Origin: a bacterium
Lineage (GTDB): Bacteria > UBP18 > UBA7526
Length of the DNA stretch: 64,000 bases
Direction of reading: 5' to 3'
Assembly: GCA_030619985.1 (NCBI GenBank)
Contig: JAUXAI010000002.1
Coordinates: forward strand, 167 to 64,166
Shown: one piece after another, positions 8,334 through 16,760 of the stretch
Numbering within the stretch: the stretch's first letter is position 1
How the letters are laid out: every line of letters starts with the position of its first letter
Notes under the pieces: model-generated
What the model saw: the letters and a program-made list of their open reading frames with translations, nothing else
Told to the model about the DNA's origin: nothing
Databases searched by the model: none
Program-made: the position numbers and the translations under genes

Positions 8334-8632
8334 CACAGATCATCACAGATTATTTACAGATGGCCACAGATCGCAGATTATAAAATTCGAAATTCTAATA
8401 TCGAAAGCCCAATGCGCTTTGCTTGCATTGGAGAGAGTATAAATTTTAAACTCTGACTAAACAATATCTAAATTCGAAATTCAAATAACCAAAACTGTTT
8501 TGAGTTTAGAACATTCGGATTTTGAATTTGTTTTGGATTTAGAATTTTGTGCTTAGGATTTTTTGGAATTTGGATGCTACTAAATATCTGTGATCTGTGT
8601 GAATCTGTTTCTTATCTGTGTAAATCTGTGTT
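8334..8632. repeat. Three-layer nested inverted repeat (CACAGAT/ATCTGTG outer, AAATTCGAAATTC/GAATTT inner, ccaatgc/gcattgg core)
   Basis: A 300-nt spacer between the BMC-H gene and tpiA. The arms are readable directly in the sequence. Confidence 0.8.
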
Positions 8633-8646
8633 TAGGGGGGGAGTTT

Positions 8647-9402
8647 ATGCGCCGGCCAATAATTGCCGGGAACTGGAAGATGAATAAGACCATCGACCAG
8701 TCCCTGGACTTAGTGACTAAATTAAAGTCCGAGGTCGCCCAAGTCAACGATCTTGACATTGTAGTCTGTCCTCCTTTTACCTCTCTCTTTGCGGTGGGCA
8801 AGGCTATTCGGGGAACGAACATCTTTCTTGGTGCCCAGGATATTTACTGGGAGGAGAAGGGAGCCTATACGGGAGAGGTTTCACCAGGGATGCTTATTGA
8901 TGTGGGCTGTAGATATGTCATCATCGGCCATTCAGAGAGGAGGCAGTTCTTCACTGAGACGAATCAATCAGTGAATAGGAAGGTAAAGACGGCGCTAAAG
9001 TTCGGCCTCACTCCTATAATGTGTGTAGGAGAAAGGTTAGAGGAGAGGGAGAGGGGAGTAACCGAAGGGGTGCTGAGAGAGCACATCACCCGGGGATTGG
9101 AGAGTCTACCTAGGGAAGAGGTGTTGAAGATAGTCATTGCCTATGAGCCGGTATGGGCCATTGGAACAGGAAAGACCGCTACTCCAGATCAAGCACAAGA
9201 GGTACATTCTTTCATTAGAAAGCTCTTAAGAGAACTCTATGATGAGGTTACTACCTCTAAGGTCAGAATCCAATATGGAGGAAGCGTCAAACCAGAAAAC
9301 ATTTCTCTTCTAATGAAGGAAAAGGATATCGATGGCGCCTTAGTAGGGGGAGCAAGCCTCGATGCCAGATCCTTTGCCCAAATCATCAAATACGAAAGAT
9401 AG
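8647..9402 (+). CDS. tpiA: Triosephosphate isomerase
   Basis: [31 protein letters not shown] and YGGSV are present. The ORF-track start 8590 lies in ATCTGTG word repeats, so the start was moved to ATG 8647. Confidence 0.9.
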   Translation: MRRPIIAGNWKMNKTIDQSLDLVTKLKSEVAQVNDLDIVVCPPFTSLFAVGKAIRGTNIFLGAQDIYWEEKGAYTGEVSPGMLIDVGCRYVIIGHSERRQFFTETNQSVNRKVKTALKFGLTPIMCVGERLEERERGVTEGVLREHITRGLESLPREEVLKIVIAYEPVWAIGTGKTATPDQAQEVHSFIRKLLRELYDEVTTSKVRIQYGGSVKPENISLLMKEKDIDGALVGGASLDARSFAQIIKYER

Positions 9403-9564
9403 TAAGGGGTTTATGGTTGACGGTGTACGGTTCACGGTAAAAGACGGTAAACGGTAAACAGTCCCGACGGATGTCGGAACAGGCAAATTGAATAATAATT
9501 ATTCATCAGCGGGGCAAGTAAAACGCACCGCTCAACGGCCAACGGTTCAGTAAGGAAAGAAGAC
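9403..9564. repeat. ACGGT-word array plus several short hairpins
   Basis: ttgacggtgtacggttcacggtaaaagacggtaaacggtaaacag, followed by the hairpins ccgac-ggat-gtcgg, gaataataattattc and agcgg..ccgct. Confidence 0.65.
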
Positions 9565-10212
9565 GTGTACGATGAGAAGTTAGTTCGTTCTATTGTGAAG
9601 GAAGTCTTAGATAAGTTAAGCCTTGCCCCTAGAGCACCTTCGGGAAAGATTCCAGTCGGCCTCTCCAATAGGCACCTACACCTTACCACAAAAGATTTGG
9701 AGATCCTATTCGGAAAGGGAGCGAAACTGACAAAACTGAGGGACCTCTCCCAGCCAGGGCAGTTTGCTGCCAATGAAACCGTCACCTTAGTGGGACCAAA
9801 GGGAAGGATGGATAAAGTGCGCATCCTTGGTCCGGTAAGAAAAGAAACCCAGGTGGAGGTCTCAAGAACAGATAGTTATATCCTGGGGATCAAGCCTCCC
9901 GTGAGGATCTCTGGGGATATAAAGGGCTCAGGCGGAATAAAGATTATCGGACACAAGGGAGAGATTGACTTAAGGGAAGGAGTGATTATTGCCCAGCGCC
10001 ATATCCATATGTCTCCAGATGAGGCAAGGGGCTTTGGGGTGAAGGATGGGGATATAGTAAAGGTAAAAGTAGCCGGCGAAAGAGCATTGATATTCGATAA
10101 TATCATAATAAGGTCCGGACCAACCCATAAGTTAGATTTCCATATAGATATTGATGAGGCCAATGCCGCTGGTCTCTCCCAGGGAGACTTAATAGAGATC
10201 ATAAAAAGTTAA
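9565..10212 (+). CDS. pduL: Phosphate acyltransferase PduL
   Basis: Two PduL repeats are present (GLSNRHLHLT and AQRHIHMSPDEA). The N-terminal amphipathic YDEKLVRSIVKEVLDKL looks like an encapsulation peptide. GTG start. Confidence 0.8.
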   Translation: MYDEKLVRSIVKEVLDKLSLAPRAPSGKIPVGLSNRHLHLTTKDLEILFGKGAKLTKLRDLSQPGQFAANETVTLVGPKGRMDKVRILGPVRKETQVEVSRTDSYILGIKPPVRISGDIKGSGGIKIIGHKGEIDLREGVIIAQRHIHMSPDEARGFGVKDGDIVKVKVAGERALIFDNIIIRSGPTHKLDFHIDIDEANAAGLSQGDLIEIIKS

Positions 10213-10220
10213 GATAAAGA

Positions 10221-10287
10221 GCAACCAGTAACCAGCGAACAGTAACCAGTTTTTTTTACTGTAAACTGTTCACTGTAAACTGTTAAC
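10221..10287. repeat. Word-repeat inverted repeat, CAGTAAC family
   Basis: gcaaccagtaaccagcgaacagtaaccag / tactgtaaactgttcactgtaaactgttaac. Confidence 0.8.
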
Positions 10288-10313
10288 TAATACCAACCTT
10301 AAAGGGGGTAAGA

Positions 10314-11534
10314 GTGAAGACATTAGTACTAAACTGCGGTAGTTCCTCTGTGAAGTATGAACTGATTGAGATTGAGAAAGAGTCTATCTTGGCCAAGGGG
10401 ATTGTGGAACGCATCGGGATGAGCGGAGCCCTCCTTACCCATCAGGTTGGGAAGAAGAAGCCGGTAAAGACGGCAGCAGAGGTCTTAGACCATAGAGAGG
10501 CAATAAAATTGGCCCTGGATGCCTTACTCCATTCCAAGACTGGAGTCATTAAGGATAAGAAAGAGATTGTTGCTGTCGGTCACCGAGTAGTCCATGGGGG
10601 AGAGAAATTTGCTACTTCAGTCCTGGTTACTGAGGAGGTAAAAGAAGGTATAGCGGATTGCATAGAACTTGCTCCTCTACATAACCCCCATAACCTGAGG
10701 GGAATCATGGCCTGTGAGGAACTCCTTCCCGGGATCCCCCAGGTAGCGGTCTTCGATACTGCCTTCCATCAGACCATGCCTAGATATGCCTATATCTATG
10801 GATTGCCTTACACTCAGTATCGTAAATATGGGATAAGGAGATACGGCTTTCACGGGACTTCCCACCTCTATGTCTCCCAGAGAGTGGCTCATCTCGTGGA
10901 TAGGCCCTTGACAGATTTAAAGGTCATCACCTGCCACCTAGGGAATGGAGTCAGTATTGCTGCCATTAAGGGAGGGGTATCCATCGATACCTCAATGGGT
11001 TTTACCCCCTTAGAGGGGTTAGTCATGGGAACCAGATGCGGGGATATCGATCCAGCTATCGTCTTGTATATCATGACTAATGAAGGATTATCCATAAATG
11101 AGGTAAATACCATGCTTAACTTCCACTCTGGTCTTCAGGGATTATCAGGAGTGAGCAGTGATATGTATGATATCCTGGAAGAGGAGAAGAAGGGGAATGA
11201 CCGGGCAAGATTGGCCATAGAGATCTTCACCTATCATATAAGAAAATATATCGCCAGTTATGCCGGAGTCATGGGAGGAGTGGATGCTATCGTCTTCACT
11301 GCCGGGATTGGCGAAAATGCTCCCAGAATAAGAGCCTTGAGTTGTGCTGGGTTGGAATTTTTAGGGGTGGTTATCGATAAGGAGAGGAACGAGAAGACAA
11401 TAAAGAAGGAGGGGGAGATAAGCGCTCCCAATTCAAAGGTCAAAGTCTATTGCATTCCAACCAATGAGGAACTGGTTATTGCTCGGGATACCTACAGTGT
11501 AATTACTAGAGGAAGGAGGAGGAGGAAGAAATGA
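10314..11534 (+). CDS. ackA: Acetate kinase
   Basis: LVLNCGSSSVKY, GHRVVHGG, FHGTSH and AGIGEN are present. Confidence 0.95.
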   Translation: MKTLVLNCGSSSVKYELIEIEKESILAKGIVERIGMSGALLTHQVGKKKPVKTAAEVLDHREAIKLALDALLHSKTGVIKDKKEIVAVGHRVVHGGEKFATSVLVTEEVKEGIADCIELAPLHNPHNLRGIMACEELLPGIPQVAVFDTAFHQTMPRYAYIYGLPYTQYRKYGIRRYGFHGTSHLYVSQRVAHLVDRPLTDLKVITCHLGNGVSIAAIKGGVSIDTSMGFTPLEGLVMGTRCGDIDPAIVLYIMTNEGLSINEVNTMLNFHSGLQGLSGVSSDMYDILEEEKKGNDRARLAIEIFTYHIRKYIASYAGVMGGVDAIVFTAGIGENAPRIRALSCAGLEFLGVVIDKERNEKTIKKEGEISAPNSKVKVYCIPTNEELVIARDTYSVITRGRRRRKK

Positions 11535-11821
11535 TATTTGCTAAGGTAATCGGTACTGTTGTGGCCACCAGGAAGGATGAGAAGATAGAAGGGTGTAAGT
11601 TATTGGCGATTCAGCCCATAAGCATGGAAGGAAAAGAAGAAGGGTTTCCTCTGGTAGCCATCGATGCTGTGGGAGCTGGAATCGGGGAGGTGGTCCTGAT
11701 CGCCAAGGGCTCCTCTGCCCGTCAGACAGTAAGGACTAAGGATACTCCTACGGATGCGGTAATCATGGCCATTGTCGATACCATTGAGGCAGAAGGTAAG
11801 GTTTTATTTAGAAAATCTTGA
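11531..11821 (+). CDS. BMC-P pentameric vertex protein (EutN/CcmL family) 1
   Basis: MIFAKVIGTVVATRK...LLAIQP...AIDAVGAGIGEVVL. ATGA overlap with the ackA stop. Confidence 0.85.
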   Translation: MIFAKVIGTVVATRKDEKIEGCKLLAIQPISMEGKEEGFPLVAIDAVGAGIGEVVLIAKGSSARQTVRTKDTPTDAVIMAIVDTIEAEGKVLFRKS

Positions 11822-11854
11822 ATGCGGATAGAAGGTTTACAGTTGACACCGTTT

Positions 11855-11939
11855 ACGGTAAGAGACGGTTAACAGTAAACAGCGAGGCCAAAGGCCGAGC
11901 GGGTAAACTGTAAACTATCCGAGCGAAGTGAGGATGAAG
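11855..11939 (+). promoter_or_regulatory. ~85-nt conserved leader, copy 1 (upstream of the aldehyde dehydrogenase gene)
   Basis: About 90% identical by eye to 15472-15555. Contains the ggcc-aaa-ggcc hairpin and ends in tccgagcgaagtgaggatgaag. Confidence 0.7.
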
Positions 11940-13367
11940 ATGGAGATCAGTCCAGAGAAGATAAGAGAAGTTGTTAAGGAAATTGTAGAAAGAGTGACCA
12001 AGGAAGAAGCCAAGCCTTCTGGTAAAGGAGAAACAGAAGGCTTGGGGGTCTTTCCCAATGTAGAGGAAGCCATTGAGGCAGCAAGGGTTGCCCAGAGGGA
12101 GCTCTTCCGGGAGAGCCTGGAGAAGAGGAGTAAGTACATCGAAGCCATAAGGGAGGCCTCTATCCGGGAAGCAGAAAGCTTAGCCAGGTTGGCCTGGGAA
12201 GAGACCGGTATGGGAAGATGGGAGGACAAGGTCCAGAAGAATCTGTTAGCTGCCCAGAAGACCCCTGGAGTAGAGGATCTACATCCCGTTGCCTATACTG
12301 GGGATCATGGTTTAACCTTGGAGGAGAGGGCTCCCTTTGGAGTAATTGGTGCCGTGGCTCCTTCTACCAATCCTTCTTCAACCATAATAAATAATGCCAT
12401 CTCTATTATCGCTGCCGGGAATAGCGTGGTTTTTGCTCCCCATCCAGCAGCCAAGAAGGTATCCCTGAAATCCATTCAGATTCTTAATGAAGCGATTATA
12501 AAAGCGGGTGGTCCAGCAAATTTAATGACCACTGCTGCCCAGCCCTCTATTGAAGAGGCCCAGACACTATTCAAGCATCCCAAAATAAAGCTCATCATGG
12601 TTACTGGTGGGCCAGCGGTTGTCAAAGCTGCCATGGCCTGTGGGAAGAAGGTGATCGCTGCTGGACCGGGAAACCCCCCAGTAGTTGTGGATGAGACTTC
12701 AGACTTAGAGCATGCCTGTGACTCCATTATTAAGGGAGCAATGTTTGACAATGGTGTCTTATGTACTGCAGAAAAAGAGATCATTGCCGTAGAAGCCATT
12801 GCCGATAGATTATTGGAATTATTACGCAAGGATCCGCGGACCTACGAATTAAAGAAGGATGAGTTTGAGAGATTGACCAAGGCGGCCATATTGGAACCAG
12901 GTGGCCCAGGGAAGGAACCCAAAGTAAGCAGGGAATACATAGGGAAGGACGCCACTTTAATCGCTTCCAAGATTGGAGTAAAAGTACCAGAGAGTACTAG
13001 ACTCTTATTCTGTGAAGTGGACCGAAACCACGCTTTCGTCTGGACAGAGCAGCTCATGCCGGTCATTCCCTTTGTCAGGGTAAAGGATGTTGATGAGGCA
13101 ATTAATTTTGCTGTAGAAGTTGAACAGGCCAATAAGCATACCGCTATCATGCATTCCTTAAATGTGGCCAATCTGACCAAGATGGCCAAGACCGCTCAAG
13201 TTTCCATCTTCGTTAAGAATGCCCCTTCCTATGCTGGCTTGGGCTATGAGGGAGAGGGATATGCTGCCCTTTCCATTGCTACCCCCACTGGTGAAGGCCT
13301 GATCAAAACCAGCAACTTCACCAGACCTCTAAGATGTGTCCTAGTGGACTACTTCAGAATAGCCTAA
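11940..13367 (+). CDS. CoA-acylating aldehyde dehydrogenase (EutE/PduP-like) with N-terminal encapsulation-peptide-like helix
   Basis: AGPGNPPVVVDE and NGVLCTAEKE (catalytic Cys) are present, with N-terminal EISPEKIREVVKEIVERV. Start chosen by analogy with the conserved leader ...gaggatgaagATG; 11934 is also possible. Confidence 0.85.
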   Translation: MEISPEKIREVVKEIVERVTKEEAKPSGKGETEGLGVFPNVEEAIEAARVAQRELFRESLEKRSKYIEAIREASIREAESLARLAWEETGMGRWEDKVQKNLLAAQKTPGVEDLHPVAYTGDHGLTLEERAPFGVIGAVAPSTNPSSTIINNAISIIAAGNSVVFAPHPAAKKVSLKSIQILNEAIIKAGGPANLMTTAAQPSIEEAQTLFKHPKIKLIMVTGGPAVVKAAMACGKKVIAAGPGNPPVVVDETSDLEHACDSIIKGAMFDNGVLCTAEKEIIAVEAIADRLLELLRKDPRTYELKKDEFERLTKAAILEPGGPGKEPKVSREYIGKDATLIASKIGVKVPESTRLLFCEVDRNHAFVWTEQLMPVIPFVRVKDVDEAINFAVEVEQANKHTAIMHSLNVANLTKMAKTAQVSIFVKNAPSYAGLGYEGEGYAALSIATPTGEGLIKTSNFTRPLRCVLVDYFRIA

Positions 13368-13370
13368 AAT

Positions 13371-13448
13371 AGTTGATAAGTTGACTAGTTGACAAGTTAG
13401 TAAGTAAATTCTTCCTTGTCAACTTGTATACGTGTTTCCTTGTTAACT
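13371..13448. repeat. Word-repeat inverted repeat, AGTTGAC/GTCAACT family
   Basis: agttgataagttgactagttgacaagttagtaag / cttgtcaacttgtatacgtgtttccttgttaact. Confidence 0.75.
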
Positions 13449-13449
13449 G

Positions 13450-14784
13450 ATGGTAGAGATGGATAGAAAAGAGATTATCGAAAAGGTAAGGGATGCGGGA
13501 GTAGTGGGAGCAGGGGGAGCGGGCTTTCCCACTCATGTGAAGTTAGAAGCCAAGGTAGAGTATGTCATCGCCAATGGTGCGGAGTGCGAGCCTCTCTTGC
13601 GCATCGATCAGCAATTGATGGCTTCTCAAGCGAATAAAGTGATCAGAGGATTAGAACTGGTAATGAAGGCCACCGGTGCCAAGAAGGGATTTATTGCTTT
13701 AAAAGAAAAATATAAAGAGGCCATCGCTGCTTTAACATCCCACATCCCACATCCCACATCCCACATCGAACTATTTATCCTCGCCGATTTCTACCCCGCA
13801 GGTGATGAACAGATCCTGGTCTATGAGGTATTGAAAAGGATTGTCCCTGAAGGAGGGATTCCTCTTAATGTAGGAGTAGTAGTAGATAATGTAGGAACTC
13901 TTATTAATATCGCAGATGCTATAGAAAGAAAGCCGGTTACCCATCGCTATCTCACAATATCCGGGGCGGTAAAGGGAGCGAAGTCAGTGAAGGTTCCCGT
14001 GGGGATGAGTGTGGGAGAGGTAATAAGATTAGCTGAACCAAAGATAGAGAATTTCTCTGTCCTAGATGGCGGTCCTATGATGGGGAAACTGATTGAAGAT
14101 CTGGATTCCCCAGTGATGAAGACCACCACGGGATTGATCGTTCTTCCCAAAGACCATAATGTAATTATGAACAAGACCTTAGAGATGAGAAAAATCCTAA
14201 GGAAGACTATGCTCTGTATGCAGTGCACTGACTGTACCGAGCTCTGTCCCAGGTACTTAATCGGCCATTCCTTAAAACCCCATAAGATAATGAGGCACGT
14301 GGGATATGAGATGAGGAAGGAACTGAATGATATTACTGCTGCCTTCCTCTGCTCAGAATGTGGTTTATGTAATCTATATGCTTGTCCTTTTGGACTATCA
14401 CCACTCAGGGTAAATCAGGAGATTAAGAAGGAATTAACAGAGGCCAAGGTTAAAAATCCCCATAAGGAGGCTCCGAAGGAAGCCCATCCCATGATAGAGT
14501 ATCGCAGGGTTCCCACAGCAAGGATTATTTCAAGGATTGGGGTGGAGGAGTATAATGTTGACGCTCCCTTAGAAAAAAGGGGATATCGGACGAACCTTGT
14601 CAGGATTCCTCTCTCTCAGCATGTGGGAGCAAGATCGGTCCCCATAGCGAAGTTGAATGACAAGGTAAAGGTGGGAGACCTAATTGCCGATATTCCCAGA
14701 GGGGCTCTGGGAGCCAGAATTCACGCCTCGATAGAAGGAAAGATAACCGACATCGAAGACTATATTACTATCGAAGCCCAGTAA
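13450..14784 (+). CDS. PduS/RnfC-like NAD(P)H-binding iron-sulfur flavoprotein
   Basis: AGVVGAGGAGFPTHVKL...NGAECEPLL is present, with two Cys clusters (CMQCTDCTELCP and CSECGLCNLYACP). Contains the CACATCC heptamer array. Confidence 0.75.
   Translation: MVEMDRKEIIEKVRDAGVVGAGGAGFPTHVKLEAKVEYVIANGAECEPLLRIDQQLMASQANKVIRGLELVMKATGAKKGFIALKEKYKEAIAALTSHIPHPTSHIELFILADFYPAGDEQILVYEVLKRIVPEGGIPLNVGVVVDNVGTLINIADAIERKPVTHRYLTISGAVKGAKSVKVPVGMSVGEVIRLAEPKIENFSVLDGGPMMGKLIEDLDSPVMKTTTGLIVLPKDHNVIMNKTLEMRKILRKTMLCMQCTDCTELCPRYLIGHSLKPHKIMRHVGYEMRKELNDITAAFLCSECGLCNLYACPFGLSPLRVNQEIKKELTEAKVKNPHKEAPKEAHPMIEYRRVPTARIISRIGVEEYNVDAPLEKRGYRTNLVRIPLSQHVGARSVPIAKLNDKVKVGDLIADIPRGALGARIHASIEGKITDIEDYITIEAQ
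13734..13768 (+). repeat. Intragenic heptamer tandem array (CACATCC x5) in the pduS-like CDS
   Basis: aacatcc cacatcc cacatcc cacatcc cacatcg, encoding SHIPHPTSHI. Confidence 0.9.
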
Positions 14785-14870
14785 AGTACCCAGTTAATAG
14801 CAGTTAACAACAGTTAATAACAGTTGCTTTTTTAATGAGGTAACCGATATTAACCGCATACTTGTTAACT

Positions 14871-14891
14871 TCCGAGTGAAACGAGGATGAA
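14871..14891 (+). promoter_or_regulatory. Conserved SD leader TCCGAGTGAAACGAGGATGAA
   Basis: The same 20-mer family precedes the ATGs at 11940, 15556 and 43747. Degenerate versions lie at 17207-17225, 17564-17586, 3579-3626 and 32232-32250. Confidence 0.7.
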
Positions 14892-15443
14892 ATGGTTAGA
14901 AATGCCATCGGCATGGTGGAAGTGAATAGCGTTGCCCGGGGATTTGAGGTCTGCGATGCCATGATGAAGGTAGCGGCGGTGGATTTGATTGAATCCTTTA
15001 GTATCTGCCCTGGTAAATATATCGTCTTGGTAATGGGAGACGTGGCTAGTACCCGGTCTTCAGTCGATAAGGGGAAGGAAGTGGGGAAGGAGACGGTAAT
15101 GGATAGCTTCGTCATTCCCAATGTCCATACCGATGTCTTCCCGGCCATAATGGGAACCACAGTAATTAAGGAGTTAAAAGCAATTGGTGTAATAGAGACC
15201 TTCTCAGTATCGGCCATCATCCTGGCCGCAGATGCTGCCGTAAAAGCGGCCAAAATTGAACTCATCGAGGTTCGCTTAGCAAAGGGATTAGCAGGCAAGG
15301 GCTTCGTTACCTTAACGGGAGAGGTGGACGCGGTAAAGGCGGCCATAGATGCTGGCTGTAGGGAGATAGAGAAGGAAGGACTATTAGTGAACCGAACCGT
15401 TATTCCCAAGCCCCATGAGGCACTGAGAAAAGCATTATTATAA
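14892..15443 (+). CDS. pduT: Tandem-domain BMC-T shell protein, PduT-like
   Basis: Two BMC domains in 183 aa. It is collinear with PduT, including ICPGKY (the Cys that ligates the pore Fe-S cluster in PduT) and the C-terminal VIPKPHE. Confidence 0.75.
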   Translation: MVRNAIGMVEVNSVARGFEVCDAMMKVAAVDLIESFSICPGKYIVLVMGDVASTRSSVDKGKEVGKETVMDSFVIPNVHTDVFPAIMGTTVIKELKAIGVIETFSVSAIILAADAAVKAAKIELIEVRLAKGLAGKGFVTLTGEVDAVKAAIDAGCREIEKEGLLVNRTVIPKPHEALRKALL

Positions 15444-15471
15444 TAGGTTTACGGTTCACGGTGTACGGTTT

Positions 15472-15555
15472 ACGGTAAAAGACGGTTAACGGTAAACAGC
15501 GAAGCCAGAGGCCGAGCGGGTAAACTGTAAACTATCCGAGTGAAACGAGGATGAG
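15472..15555 (+). promoter_or_regulatory. ~85-nt conserved leader, copy 2 (upstream of the 76-aa BMC-locus ORF)
   Basis: See 11855-11939. Ends in tccgagtgaaacgaggatgag directly before the ATG. Confidence 0.7.
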
Positions 15556-15786
15556 ATGGATAAAGAGAAGTTGATTCAAATCGTTACTGAAGAGGTCCAG
15601 AAGGAGTTGGCTGAAAAGGGAAAAGTGGCTCCCCCCACAGGGAAGAAGATGCTTATTACCGAAGAGGAGATGCTCCAAGTAGCCAAAAGAGGGGAGAAGG
15701 AGTTGAGGGTTCCCAAGAATGCCATCATCACTCCCTTTGCCCGGGATAGGGCCCTGGAATTCAGAATCAAAATCATCAAAGAGTAA
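15556..15786 (+). CDS. Small BMC-locus protein with encapsulation-peptide-like N-terminus
   Basis: 76 aa. An N-terminal amphipathic helix (KEKLIQIVTEEVQKELAEKG) is followed by a Pro-rich linker. It shares the ~85-nt leader of the aldehyde dehydrogenase gene. Confidence 0.45.
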   Translation: MDKEKLIQIVTEEVQKELAEKGKVAPPTGKKMLITEEEMLQVAKRGEKELRVPKNAIITPFARDRALEFRIKIIKE

Positions 15787-15885
15787 AATGACAAGGGTGA
15801 CAAGGGTGGCAATGGTAGCAAGGGCGACAAGGGTTTTAAACCCCTGTTACCCCTGTACCCCTTGTTCCCCCTGTAACCCCTGAGG
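15787..15885. repeat. Word-repeat inverted repeat, GTGACAAGG / CCCCTGT family
   Basis: gacaagggtgacaagggtggcaatggtagcaagggcgacaagggt / cccctgttacccctgtaccccttgttccccctgtaacccctg. Related to 23315-23392. Confidence 0.8.
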
Positions 15886-15891
15886 TAAGGC

Positions 15892-16425
15892 ATGGTTTCT
15901 GAAGATATCATAAAGAAGATTGCTGAAGAAGTGGCCACTAAGTTAAAGACTTCTGAAGTTCCTCCTAAGGATGAGAAGAGGATTGCCATGGGAAGCGATC
16001 ACGGTGGGTTCCCCTTAAAAGAGGAATTGAGAAAGTATCTCGATGAATTAGGATATAAAGTAAAGGACTGCGGTCCCTATAGCCTGGAGTCCTGCGATTA
16101 TCCCGATTATGCTCATCTGGTTGCCTCAGAAGTAGTAAAAGGAGAATGTTCTAAAGGAATAATGATTGATGGTGCGGGAATGGGCTCCTGCATCGTCTGT
16201 AATAAGGTTCCCGGAATAAGGGCTGCCTTAGCCTACGATACCTTTACTGCCAAGATGGCCAGTGAACATGATGATGCCAATGTTCTATGTCTTGGGGGCC
16301 AGACCATAGGGATTGCTTTAGCAAAGGATATGGTTAAGGTGTGGCTGGAAACCAAGTTCGCTGGTGGTCGCCATGCCCGAAGGGTAGATAAGATCATGGG
16401 GATAGAAAAGAAGTATCTCAAATGA
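15892..16425 (+). CDS. rpiB: Ribose-5-phosphate isomerase B (RpiB/LacAB family) with N-terminal extension
   Basis: IAMGSDHGGF, CGPYS..CDYPD and GAGMGSCIVCNKVPGIRAA are present. The ~30-aa extension EDIIKKIAEEVATKLK is encapsulation-peptide-like. Confidence 0.85.
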   Translation: MVSEDIIKKIAEEVATKLKTSEVPPKDEKRIAMGSDHGGFPLKEELRKYLDELGYKVKDCGPYSLESCDYPDYAHLVASEVVKGECSKGIMIDGAGMGSCIVCNKVPGIRAALAYDTFTAKMASEHDDANVLCLGGQTIGIALAKDMVKVWLETKFAGGRHARRVDKIMGIEKKYLK

Positions 16426-16432
16426 GGAAGCT

Positions 16433-16711
16433 ATGAAATTAGCAAAGGTGATCGGAACCGTAGTTGCCTCTCAGAAGTATGAGACATTGGAAGGGGCGAA
16501 GTTACTCATCATTCAGCCTCTAACCTGGGAGGAGAAGAAGCCCATAGACAAGCCCCAGGTGGCTGTAGATACTGTCCAAGCGGGGATCGGGGATTATGTC
16601 TTCTATGTTGAAGCAAGGGAAGCTTCCCTACCCCTATTACCTGAGATTGCTCCGGTCGATGCGGGCATCGTAGGCATCGTGGATTCCGTAGACATCCATG
16701 AGGAAGAATAG
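16433..16711 (+). CDS. BMC-P vertex protein (EutN/CcmL family) 2
   Basis: MKLAKVIGTVVASQK...LLIIQP...AVDTVQAGIGDYV. Confidence 0.8.
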   Translation: MKLAKVIGTVVASQKYETLEGAKLLIIQPLTWEEKKPIDKPQVAVDTVQAGIGDYVFYVEAREASLPLLPEIAPVDAGIVGIVDSVDIHEEE

Positions 16712-16760
16712 TCAGCCTCTTCGGCTGATCCACCGATAAGGTGGAAAAGGGGGTGATAGA

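Noticed and set aside
8334-8632. The repetitive ATCTGTG/CACAGAT arrays (also at 19736-19893, 39866-39970, 54598-54808) considered as a possible CRISPR array
   Set aside because: The units are only 7-10 nt and sit directly adjacent or a few nt apart. There are no 25-40-nt repeats alternating with unique spacers. The arms are mutually reverse-complementary, and no cas genes are present in the window.
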